A DNA stretch of 42,600 nucleotides from an uncultured Candidatus Saccharibacteria bacterium (GTDB lineage Bacteria > Patescibacteriota > Minisyncoccia > UBA6257 > 2-01-FULL-56-20), in NCBI GenBank assembly GCA_964645125.1, contig CAZXZC010000004.1:1-42600 (forward strand), written 5' to 3'. This document shows positions 1 to 7,680 of the stretch, in pieces (positions within the stretch are counted from its first letter, which is position 1; the number at the start of each line of letters is the position of its first letter). Below the pieces are notes generated by a model, which worked only from the letters and a program-made list of their open reading frames with translations, was not told where the DNA came from and did not search any database. A program made the position numbers and the translations under genes.

Positions 1-1
1 A

Positions 2-676
2 GGAGATACTTCTATTGCAGGAGCTGATGACGTTGTGATTGGTTCTATGGCTCGATTAACCGGATCTTTTACCTATCACAGTACGCGGGAGGCTCGCATT
101 GAGGATGGTGCAGCGATTGTGGGTGGTGTTTCGTTTCAGCCAATTGAGCGTAAAGATCAATCAGCGAGTCCTCAAACGGCTAAAGAGTGGGCCGGTGTTG
201 TGTTCGCGTTTTTGGGATTCTGGATGCTGGTTAAGATCGTTTCACTTATTATTGTGAGTTTGGTTGTGTTTCGCTTGTTTGGACCATGGGTGGAGCGTGT
301 TGTGGCGGAGGTTCGTCGTTCGTTTTGGGGAAACGCAGGGTTTGGTTTTGTAACAATTATTTTAGTGCCAATAGCTATTGTGCTTTTGTGCATTACCGTT
401 GCTGGTTTTTTGCTTGCTCTTACGACGGGGCTTTTGTACGGATTGTTTATTATTATCTCATCGATTGTTGCCAGTATTGTGGTCGGTGCGTTTTTGTGTG
501 AAACGGCCTTTGGTAAAAAAGAATGGATGTTTACGAATGGAAGCGTGGTGTTGGGAGTTGTTGCGTTTCAATTGGTAAAGGTTGTTCCGATTATTGGTTG
601 GATTGTATGTATGCTTGTATTTTTTGCGAGTTGCGGCGCCGTGGTTCGTTGGTTTGCGAGGGTTGTTCGTTCTTAA
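2..676 (+). CDS. 5'-truncated membrane protein; Gly/Val-rich beta-helix-like N-terminal part followed by several hydrophobic helices
   Basis: The frame is open from the window edge and stops at TAA 674-676. Long hydrophobic stretches are present (VVFAFLGFWMLVKIVSLIIVSLVV, FGFVTIILVPIAIVLLCITVAGFLLAL). Confidence 0.6.
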   Translation, partial: GDTSIAGADDVVIGSMARLTGSFTYHSTREARIEDGAAIVGGVSFQPIERKDQSASPQTAKEWAGVVFAFLGFWMLVKIVSLIIVSLVVFRLFGPWVERVVAEVRRSFWGNAGFGFVTIILVPIAIVLLCITVAGFLLALTTGLLYGLFIIISSIVASIVVGAFLCETAFGKKEWMFTNGSVVLGVVAFQLVKVVPIIGWIVCMLVFFASCGAVVRWFARVVRS

Positions 677-752
677 CAGAGGCATTAAGTATTTTGTATT
701 GTATATTTGGCGTGTTTTTTATACTCTATACCAATACGAAACATTGTTTGTT

Positions 753-1094
753 ATGACTATTGATGAGTTTGTAAAATGTGACTTAAGGGTCGGTACTATC
801 CTTGCTGCTTCTGCGGTAGAGGGATCTACAAAATTACTGAAACTTTCAGTTGATCTTGGAGAAAAAACAGAAGATGGAGTAAGTGCGCCGCGCATAATTT
901 TATCGGGCATTGCCGCTTCGTATTCGCCTGATCAGCTTGTTGGTAAGCAGGTTGCAGTAGTTGCAAATCTTGAGCCTCGAACTATCATGGGTAGCTCGAG
1001 TCATGGTATGGTGTTGGCGTCAAAAGATGAGTCTGGAGTTGTAAAAGTTGTTACTATAGATGGCCCAGTTGCATCAGGCGCTGCAATTACCTAA
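753..1094 (+). CDS. tRNA-binding domain protein (Trbp111/CsaA, MetRS C-terminal-like OB fold)
   Basis: ATG at 753. Contains the motif series DLRVGTI..KLLKLSVDLGE..RIILSGIA..LVGKQVAVVANLEPR..G..SHGMVLA. Confidence 0.85.
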   Translation: MTIDEFVKCDLRVGTILAASAVEGSTKLLKLSVDLGEKTEDGVSAPRIILSGIAASYSPDQLVGKQVAVVANLEPRTIMGSSSHGMVLASKDESGVVKVVTIDGPVASGAAIT

Positions 1095-1132
1095 TAATAT
1101 ACAGGTCGTATATTTGTTTTATTTATTTACGT

Positions 1133-1609
1133 ATGTCGTTTGGAAAGATGCTTTTGTTTATTGCCCTTGCAGTTGCCATACTCTATGGTGGGTATATCCT
1201 CGGTGTTCGCATTGAAGGAAATACCAATCAGGATCAGGCAAAGGTAGCACAAGAACAGCAAAAACAACAACAAATTATTATGGATAATTTTATCGTGAAA
1301 GATGAGGTCGTTGGTACTGGGGCAGAGGCTATGGCGGGGGACACTGTGAGTGTGCATTACACAGGAACACTTGATAATGGTACAAAGTTTGACAGCTCAT
1401 ATGATCGTGGGGTCCCATTTTCGTTTGTTCTTGGCGCTGGTCAGGTTATCGAAGGTTGGGATCGTGGCGTTGCGGGCATGAAGGTGGGTGGCAAGCGGAC
1501 GTTGTCTATTCCGCCAGAACTTGGTTATGGCGATCGTGCTGTGTCGGTTATTCCTGCCAATTCAACGCTTCATTTTACGGTTGAGTTGCTGGACGTCAAA
1601 AAGAAGTAG
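1133..1609 (+). CDS. FKBP-type peptidyl-prolyl cis-trans isomerase with N-terminal membrane anchor
   Basis: Contains VSVHYTGTLDNGTKFDSSYDRG.PFSFVLGAGQVIEGWD.GV.GMKVGGKR.L.IPPELGYG. Confidence 0.92.
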   Translation: MSFGKMLLFIALAVAILYGGYILGVRIEGNTNQDQAKVAQEQQKQQQIIMDNFIVKDEVVGTGAEAMAGDTVSVHYTGTLDNGTKFDSSYDRGVPFSFVLGAGQVIEGWDRGVAGMKVGGKRTLSIPPELGYGDRAVSVIPANSTLHFTVELLDVKKK

Positions 1610-1628
1610 ATTTTTATTGATTTATATT

Positions 1629-1698
1629 CCGCGATATTTTTTATTAAGAGCGCTCCAAGGCCGCTAGGCCAGTCTTACGCTTAATAAAAAATATGCGA
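1629..1698. repeat. Conserved-core hairpin element, copy A (locus-specific AT-rich stem around GAGCGCTCCAAGGCCGCTAGGCCAGTCTTACGC)
   Basis: Left arm gcgatattttttattaag pairs with right arm cttaataaaaaatatgcg. The core starts at 1648. Confidence 0.85.
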
Positions 1699-1750
1699 AA
1701 CTAAATACTAAATTCTATAAAAATCTTGGGTGAAGATGGGTAAAGAATTA

Positions 1751-1788
1751 AAAACCACTCTTTGGTGAATTCACCAAAGAGTGGTTTT
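1751..1788. terminator. Perfect 38-nt palindrome, likely a bidirectional terminator
   Basis: AAAACCACTCTTTGGTGAATTCACCAAAGAGTGGTTTT, with A/T runs on both sides. Confidence 0.7.
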
Positions 1789-1807
1789 GGTATTGGCGAA
1801 GCTTGAT

Positions 1808-1900
1808 TTACCACAAACCAAACTCCTTACTAAAATAGAGTGCTCGTATTCTGAGCCATCGCAATATATTTCGTAGCCATCTTCTTCGACGAGGCCCCAT
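1808..1900 (-). CDS. Candidate 30-aa Arg/Trp-rich cationic micro-protein
   Basis: AAGGAGG, then a 9-nt spacer, then ATG. Product is MGPRRRRWLRNILRWLRIRALYFSKEFGLW. Stop is TAA, and the palindromic terminator lies about 20 nt downstream. Confidence 0.3.
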   Translation of the reverse strand: MGPRRRRWLRNILRWLRIRALYFSKEFGLW

Positions 1901-1976
1901 AATTCTTTACCTCCTTTTTTAAAGAACCTACATTGTATTCATCCTGTGCGCCCAATACCTTATACTGTATACCATT

Positions 1977-3158
1977 ATGCGAAAGAGTTCATTATTTGAT
2001 TCTCAGCCCGTACTTACTGTCGGAGAGTTTTTGGAAGCAGTGGATGTGGTGCTGCAGGATTTTGAGGTTGTGGTGCAAGGAGAAGTGTCTGGGGTTTCGC
2101 ATCACGCGACTGGGTTGTATTTTTCTTTGCAAGACCCAGATAAAAAGGCGCTTGTGCAATGCTATATGCCTCCGTTTGTATACAAGGCGTGCGGAGTGGC
2201 CTTGCAAGATGGAATGCAGGTGCACGTTGGAGGCCAAGCCTCAATGTATAAACCTAAAGGGCGTTTCAGTTTTTTGGTTCGCACTATTGAACTCACTGGT
2301 GAAGGCGCGATTCAAAAAGCATATGAATTGTTAAAAAAGCAACTGGCCGCGGAAGGATTATTTGAACGTAAGCGTGAGTTGCCTGCTTGTGTTTCTCGTA
2401 TCGCGTTGGTTACGTCGGCAACGGGCGCGGTGCAAGCTGATTTTCGTACAAATATTATTCGTCGTGGTATTCGCATTGATTTGTATGACGTGCTTGTTGA
2501 AGGAGCCCGTGCAGCAACAGATATTGTTAGTGCGCTGCAGCGTGCTTATACAAAAGACTATGACATTGTGGTGCTTGTTCGTGGTGGGGGAAGTTTAGAA
2601 GATTTACAGGCATTTAATAGCGAGGCTGTGGCGCGTGCATTGTATGCGAGTCCAGTACCCACGGTGTGTGCGATTGGGCACGATCGTGATATTCCCATAG
2701 CACAGCTTATTGCAGATGTCGCTCCATCGACTCCTACTGCTGCAGCAGCTGTAGTAAGTAATACATGGGAAACAGTGGAAGCGAGTGCTGCAGATTTTTC
2801 TAGGAGCTTAATGTATTCATACGAACACTTATTAACTGATGTATATCACCGACTTTCACAAGCAACTGTCGTGTTTTCTTCGGTATTTGCGATGGGTCGA
2901 CAGCGCCTTCGCGAGTTGCACCAGCAACTCGTGTTCGGATTTAGTGGCGTGCTTCACGTTCAATTTCAGTCATTGCGTCATGCTGAAGTGCTTTTAACAA
3001 GCGTTGATCCAAAAAGATTATTGGCTGTTGGGTATAGCATTACGCGTACCGCACAGGGTTCAGTTGTGCGTAGTGTTGGCAGTGTTTTACCAGGCGAGAT
3101 TCTTGAAACGGTACTTGCGGACGGGACTATCGCTTCGACTGTTCAAAAACCCTCATAA
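1977..3158 (+). CDS. xseA: Exodeoxyribonuclease VII large subunit
   Basis: N-terminal OB fold plus IALVTSATGA..D, VLVRGGGS.EDL..FN and IGH..D motifs. The small subunit gene follows. Confidence 0.93.
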   Translation: MRKSSLFDSQPVLTVGEFLEAVDVVLQDFEVVVQGEVSGVSHHATGLYFSLQDPDKKALVQCYMPPFVYKACGVALQDGMQVHVGGQASMYKPKGRFSFLVRTIELTGEGAIQKAYELLKKQLAAEGLFERKRELPACVSRIALVTSATGAVQADFRTNIIRRGIRIDLYDVLVEGARAATDIVSALQRAYTKDYDIVVLVRGGGSLEDLQAFNSEAVARALYASPVPTVCAIGHDRDIPIAQLIADVAPSTPTAAAAVVSNTWETVEASAADFSRSLMYSYEHLLTDVYHRLSQATVVFSSVFAMGRQRLRELHQQLVFGFSGVLHVQFQSLRHAEVLLTSVDPKRLLAVGYSITRTAQGSVVRSVGSVLPGEILETVLADGTIASTVQKPS

Positions 3159-3177
3159 ACGCTACAATTGTCACTAT

Positions 3178-3417
3178 ATGGCTGCTAAAAAAACTCATGG
3201 AATACCCCAGGATTTACCCTCATCGGGAGGAGAAATTAGCAAAAATCTCAAAAACCTTGAGGCTATTGTGGGGTGGTTTAGCTCTCAAACCGAGGTTGAT
3301 GTTGAGCAGGGTTTGGAGCGAGTGAAGCAGGGCGCTGAGCTTATTAAGACGCTTAAAAAGCAATTGGCTGAGGTAGAGAATGAGTTTGAGGTTATAAAAA
3401 AAGATATCGATGGGTAA
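3178..3417 (+). CDS. xseB: Exodeoxyribonuclease VII small subunit
   Basis: 79-aa coiled-coil protein (LEAIV..F....V.VEQGLE..KQGAELIK.L) immediately after xseA. Confidence 0.85.
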   Translation: MAAKKTHGIPQDLPSSGGEISKNLKNLEAIVGWFSSQTEVDVEQGLERVKQGAELIKTLKKQLAEVENEFEVIKKDIDG

Positions 3418-3425
3418 TTTTTTTG

Positions 3426-4193
3426 ATGACTAAGATGCCCTCAAAACACGATACGTCTTGGGAATCGGTTGCGGATTGGTATGATGCGCATTTGGCAAGC
3501 GGTGATACCTACCAAAGCAGGTTAATTTTGCCAAACCTTAAAAAACTCGCCGTTGTTTCTGCCTCAACGCAACTTCTTGACGTGGCATGTGGCCAGGGAT
3601 TTTTTAGTAAGGCGTTTGCTGATATGGGCGCGCGGATTACGGGTGTAGATTCATCGACTACTCTAGTAGAAAAAGCGCGTGTGCTAGTTCCTACTGGAGC
3701 TTTTCACGTCAGCGATGCGACTGCGATGCCCTTTCTTAGCAACTCAGCTTTTGATGTGGCTTTGTGTGTGTTGGGTTTACAAAACATGGAGAATCCTGCG
3801 CATGTGGTGCGTGAGGTTGCTCGAGGACTTCGTGCCTCTGGAACGTTTCATGTCGTATTAAATCATCCCGCATTTCGTGTGCCAGGAAGAAGCAGTTGGG
3901 GGTGGGATGAAAAAAACAAGATCCAGTATAGGCGTGTAGATGGGTATTTACTTGAATCGAAAGAAAAAATTTTTATGCATCCTGGTGAAGATGTCACCAA
4001 TGTTACCTATTCTTTCCATCGGCCGTTGCAGTATTATGTAAAAATTCTTGCGAACGCAGGCTTTGCTATAACTCGCATGCAAGAATGGATTTCTGACCGT
4101 TCGAGCCAACCTGGTCCTCGTGCGGATGCTGAAAACACCGCTCGTCAGGAGTTTCCGCTCTTTTTGTACCTCGAAGCTCAAAAATTGAAATGA
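3426..4193 (+). CDS. Class I SAM-dependent methyltransferase
   Basis: Motif I LLDVACGQGFF followed by GVDSS. An alternative TTG start lies at 3423. Confidence 0.85.
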   Translation: MTKMPSKHDTSWESVADWYDAHLASGDTYQSRLILPNLKKLAVVSASTQLLDVACGQGFFSKAFADMGARITGVDSSTTLVEKARVLVPTGAFHVSDATAMPFLSNSAFDVALCVLGLQNMENPAHVVREVARGLRASGTFHVVLNHPAFRVPGRSSWGWDEKNKIQYRRVDGYLLESKEKIFMHPGEDVTNVTYSFHRPLQYYVKILANAGFAITRMQEWISDRSSQPGPRADAENTARQEFPLFLYLEAQKLK

Positions 4194-4909
4194 AGATCCA
4201 TCATTTTGTGTATCCGTATACGGTTGTCGATTCTGTTGTTGTTATTTCTGACAGTGCTATTGTTCGCCAAATTGAACGGGTACTTAAACTTCTGCCTGGA
4301 GAGCATATTGCCCTTATTCATCCCAATGGTGGTAAAGTAGTGTGTGAGATTATTGCATTTGATCGTAAACATCTTACGTGTGCTGTTTTGCATACGGCGC
4401 CAGCTTCTTCTGTTGCTGGGGTTCATTTGTATTTGGCTGTTTTGAAAAAAGAACACTTTGAAGTTGCATGTCAGGGGGCAGTACAGGTGGGAGTATCTGC
4501 TATTACAGGCATGATTACTGACCGCACTATTAAAACAAATATTAATGAGTCGCGACTTACTAAGCTTATTCAAGAATCTGTTGAGCAATCAGAACAGACC
4601 CGTATTCCTTCATTTACTGGAATTATTTCCTTTTCCGATGCGGTGAGCCACGCTTGTTCTTCTGGTGCGCTTGTTTTGTTTTTTGATCCAACCGGGAGTA
4701 ATGTCTCGACAATTTCTGAAATCTCAAAAGATATTTGTGTATTTATTGGCCCTGAGGGTGGATGGAGTGAGCAAGAGCTAGTATTGATACGTACAATGCA
4801 AGAAGACTCAAGCGCCGTTTCTGTTGTGCGATGCGGTGACTCTGTGCTTCGCGCGGAGACTGCTGCGATTGTGGGCGTGTATGTTGCAAGGAGTAGATGC
4901 AAGAATTAA
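4190..4909 (+). CDS. rsmE: 16S rRNA (uracil1498-N3)-methyltransferase
   Basis: Starts with an ATGA overlap onto the upstream stop. C-terminal IGPEGGWS..E and LR.ETAA motifs. Confidence 0.88.
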   Translation: MKIHHFVYPYTVVDSVVVISDSAIVRQIERVLKLLPGEHIALIHPNGGKVVCEIIAFDRKHLTCAVLHTAPASSVAGVHLYLAVLKKEHFEVACQGAVQVGVSAITGMITDRTIKTNINESRLTKLIQESVEQSEQTRIPSFTGIISFSDAVSHACSSGALVLFFDPTGSNVSTISEISKDICVFIGPEGGWSEQELVLIRTMQEDSSAVSVVRCGDSVLRAETAAIVGVYVARSRCKN

Positions 4910-4985
4910 GAATAATGAAGTATGAATAAGGGTTTCTGCAATAATGCATTAAAACCTTAATTCTTTATTCGTTATTCTTTCTTCT
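4899..4985. repeat. AAGAAT/ATGAAT-word palindromic repeat with conserved ATGCATTAAAA loop (family 2)
   Basis: Arms aagaattaagaataatgaagtatgaataagggttt and aaaccttaattctttattcgttattctttc. Overlaps the rsmE stop codon. Confidence 0.8.
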
Positions 4986-4993
4986 CGGTTTTG

Positions 4994-5002
4994 TGGTATA
5001 AT
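4994..5002 (+). promoter_or_regulatory. Extended -10 promoter element TGgTATAAT
   Basis: Lies 31 nt upstream of the 5034 ATG. Confidence 0.55.
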
Positions 5003-5033
5003 CTTTCTACCGTCGTTTGTTTTATTTACCTCT

Positions 5034-5849
5034 ATGGATACTAAATTTAAACCGTTATTTTTGGGTGCGTTTGCGCTTGCTGCTTTGATGGTTGGCGGCG
5101 CGACATTGCAGTATGTTTCAGCGTATTCACGTTCTATTCAACCCTCGTCGTTTCGGAGTTTTACCGTGTCGGCCGATGGTCGATTTGTGAGTGTTCCCGA
5201 TGTTGCTCAATTCACCTTTAGTGTAGTGACACAGGGTGGTCAAAATCTTGCTGCGCTTCACGATGAGAATGCTAAGAAGACTCAGTCAGCGATTGATTTT
5301 TTGAAGGGATTGGGAGTGGATGCAAAAGATATTCGTACCGCATCTTATGCTGTAAATCCTCGGTATCAGTCCTATAATTGTTTTGAGAAAGCTGCGGTAA
5401 GTGGTGGTGCGGGGGCTTTGACCGCATCGATTCGTCCGTGTCCACCAGCTGATATAACTGGTTATGAAGTAGTTAGCTCTGTCGAAGTAAAAGTTCGAGA
5501 TTTTGCCAAAATTGGTGATGCGGTAAGCGGTGTGGTAAAAAATGGCGCTAACAGCGTTTCACAACTCGCTTTTACTATGGATGATCCCGCGGTAGCTCAG
5601 TCAAAGGCTCGCGAGAACGCTATTGCCAAGGCTAAAGAAAAAGCTGAGGCTGTGGCGAAGGCGGCTGGAGTTCGTTTGGGTCGCTTGCTCGAGATTCAAG
5701 AGGGTGGTGGATATGCACCGTATTATCGCAATACCCTTACTTCATATGATTCGGCTGTTGGTTTGGGTGGAATGGAAAAAGCCGCTCCGATTGAGCCTGG
5801 GAGTCAGGACGTAACAGTGAGCGTGACATTGCGTTACGAGATCGACTAA
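5034..5849 (+). CDS. SIMPL/DUF541 family secreted protein
   Basis: N-terminal signal/anchor. The A.A.AKA.A.A.A.A Ala-rich helix and the C-terminal V.V.V.L.YEI are typical of SIMPL proteins. Confidence 0.85.
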   Translation: MDTKFKPLFLGAFALAALMVGGATLQYVSAYSRSIQPSSFRSFTVSADGRFVSVPDVAQFTFSVVTQGGQNLAALHDENAKKTQSAIDFLKGLGVDAKDIRTASYAVNPRYQSYNCFEKAAVSGGAGALTASIRPCPPADITGYEVVSSVEVKVRDFAKIGDAVSGVVKNGANSVSQLAFTMDDPAVAQSKARENAIAKAKEKAEAVAKAAGVRLGRLLEIQEGGGYAPYYRNTLTSYDSAVGLGGMEKAAPIEPGSQDVTVSVTLRYEID

Positions 5850-5854
5850 AGGCT

Positions 5855-5940
5855 ACCCACATACTTTGCTGCGGAGAGCGCTCCAAGGCCGCTAGGCCAG
5901 TCCTACTCTCCTTAGTCAAAGTATGTGGGTTTTATTGCAT
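5855..5940. repeat. Conserved-core hairpin element, copy B
   Basis: Stem acccacatactttg / caaagtatgtgggt. The core GAGCGCTCCAAGGCCGCTAGGCCAGTCCTACTC starts at 5876. The element begins 6 nt after the stop codon. Confidence 0.85.
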
Positions 5941-6094
5941 CTAAAGCACACATCCCAAGTCTTACGCTCCATAATGAAATCCTGTGGCTTTTGCGTATGA
6001 AAATTATTTTTAATTAGTAACGCAATGTTATATATGGGAGGGTGGAGAAAGGAAAATGCATTAAAACAAATTTTTCATTTTATATAGTAGCGCA

Positions 6095-6742
6095 ATGGGT
6101 ATATATAGGGGCAGGGAGAAAGAAGAGGATTTAAAAGCAAAAACTGCTGCTATTATTCGGCAGTTGAAAAAACTTATTCCGGAGCCGAAGATTGCGCTCC
6201 ATTTTAGTACTCATTGGGAGTTGTTGGTTGCAGTGATGCTGTCGGCGCAATGTACAGATAAAAAGGTAAATCAAGTAACGGAAAAACTATTTAAGAAATA
6301 TAAAACAGTAGGCGATTATGCTGCGGCTGATATTCGAAAACTTGAGCAGGATATTTACCAAACGGGATTTTATAAAGCCAAAGCAGCTCGTATTAAAGCA
6401 GCGGCCCGCTTGCTTTTAGAAAACTATGATGGCGTGGTACCTGCTTCTATGCAAGACTTACAGACATTGCCTGGCGTGGGTCGTAAAACGGCGAATGTTA
6501 TTTTGCATACGGCATTTGGGGTTAGTGAAGGAATTACGGTGGATACGCATGTGCGGCGATTGTCACGACTGTTTGGTTTAACCAGCCATATGGATCCGGT
6601 AAAAATTGAGCAGGATCTTATTGCGCTGGTTCCAAAAAAAGATTGGTCGGTGTTTTCGCATTTACTTATTTTGTATGGCCGACAGTATTGTTCGGCGAGG
6701 TGTAACCACATAAACTGTCCGTTAAGACAGTTTATTGATTAA
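6095..6742 (+). CDS. nth: Endonuclease III (HhH-GPD DNA glycosylase/AP lyase)
   Basis: Contains LVAVMLSAQCTD..VN and LPGVGRKTANVIL. The C-terminal Cys pattern is non-canonical (YCSARCNHINC). Confidence 0.9.
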   Translation: MGIYRGREKEEDLKAKTAAIIRQLKKLIPEPKIALHFSTHWELLVAVMLSAQCTDKKVNQVTEKLFKKYKTVGDYAAADIRKLEQDIYQTGFYKAKAARIKAAARLLLENYDGVVPASMQDLQTLPGVGRKTANVILHTAFGVSEGITVDTHVRRLSRLFGLTSHMDPVKIEQDLIALVPKKDWSVFSHLLILYGRQYCSARCNHINCPLRQFID

Positions 6743-6746
6743 CATA

Positions 6747-6835
6747 TTAATTAGTTAACGAATTGCGGATTATTATACACTGTGTGATTGAATTATTTTA
6801 ATTCGTTAATGCGTAATTTCTTAATTTTTTAATCC
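6747..6835. repeat. TTAACGAATTGCG-word palindromic repeat (family 3)
   Basis: TTAACGAATT (6764-6773) pairs with AATTCGTTAA (6800-6809). Homologous to 20841-20920. Confidence 0.75.
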
Positions 6836-6859
6836 AATCATTATGATATAATGATTGGC

Positions 6860-7153
6860 ATGGATTCTTTTATTAAAGCGGATGTGTTTTTTTTCATCAC
6901 GAGTGTTGCGGTTTTTTTGGTAACTCTTTGTGCGCTTGCGATACTGCTGTATGTCGTGCGTATTGTTCGCGATGTTCGTGCAATTGTAGCCTTGGTGCGT
7001 TTCGAGGCTGAGCGAGTGGCAGATGATGTGGGGGCGTTTCGCAGCGCAGTAAAAGAGCATGGGCTTGCGGCTGCTGCTGCCTTTTCATTTTTACGGCGAT
7101 TTATGCCAGGTTTCACTAAAAAGGGCCGCACCGTGAAGGTGAAAAAACTCTAG
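6860..7153 (+). CDS. Small membrane protein, hypothetical
   Basis: One TM helix (FFFITSVAVFLVTLCALAILLYVV). TATAAT at 6847-6852 overlaps the alternative ATG at 6851, so ATG 6860 is favoured as a leaderless start. Confidence 0.55.
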   Translation: MDSFIKADVFFFITSVAVFLVTLCALAILLYVVRIVRDVRAIVALVRFEAERVADDVGAFRSAVKEHGLAAAAAFSFLRRFMPGFTKKGRTVKVKKL

Positions 7154-7185
7154 AGTTTTTGGAAATAGTGTATAATACTGGAACT

Positions 7186-7533
7186 ATGAAGAAATCACAC
7201 ATGTCTGGTGCGGTAGGGTTGGGGTTGGCAGCAATTACCGCGGCTGCAGCAGCTGGGGCATATTTCTTGTATGGCAAAGATGGTGCCAAAAACCGGAAGA
7301 AGATTAAAAGTTGGAGCTTAAAAGCAAAGGCAGAAGTGTTAGAGAGATTGGAAAAAGCAAAGGATATGAACGAGGAAGTCTACCAGCAGATTGTAGACAC
7401 GGTGAGTAAGAAGTATGCAGCAGTGAAAGCAATTGACCCAAAGGAACTGGAGATTTTGGTAAAAGAAATGAAGGGTCATTGGCGTCGAATCGCGGCCGAT
7501 ATGAAGGCAGCAGAAAAGAAACACAAGAAGTAG
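7186..7533 (+). CDS. YtxH-like small stress/coiled-coil protein with N-terminal hydrophobic segment
   Basis: GLGLAAITAAAAAGAYFLYG followed by a Lys/Glu-rich helix. TATAAT at 7171-7176. Confidence 0.65.
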   Translation: MKKSHMSGAVGLGLAAITAAAAAGAYFLYGKDGAKNRKKIKSWSLKAKAEVLERLEKAKDMNEEVYQQIVDTVSKKYAAVKAIDPKELEILVKEMKGHWRRIAADMKAAEKKHKK

Positions 7534-7540
7534 CGTAAAT

Positions 7541-7673
7541 TAGCCAATAGCCAGTAGGGTGTAGCCAATAAAACATCAGCCATTAGTATCCCTAGATTTG
7601 AGATCTGGGGATTTGGTTTTTATACATGCTTTTTTGTATTACACTATTGGCTATTCGCCACACCCTAAACCCT
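7541..7673. repeat. GCCAATAG/AGGGT-word palindromic repeat (family 1)
   Basis: Left arm tagccaatagccagtagggtgtagccaata; right arm actattggctattcgccacaccctaaaccct. An inner terminator-like hairpin ccctagat..atctgggg is followed by a T-run. Confidence 0.8.
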
Positions 7674-7680
7674 GTTTATT

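Noticed and set aside
1629-1698. Gene-end imperfect inverted repeats as integron attC sites.
   Set aside because: The arms lack RYYYAAC / GTTRRRY core sites. There is no intI and no cassette-like promoterless gene array. The flanking genes are housekeeping.
4178-4588. 136-aa minus-strand ORF antisense to rsmE, and many similar antisense ORFs inside well-supported genes (for example 16492-16920, 18418-18873, 19216-19559, 25571-25969).
   Set aside because: Each is fully embedded antisense in a gene with clear family motifs. No start signals are present.
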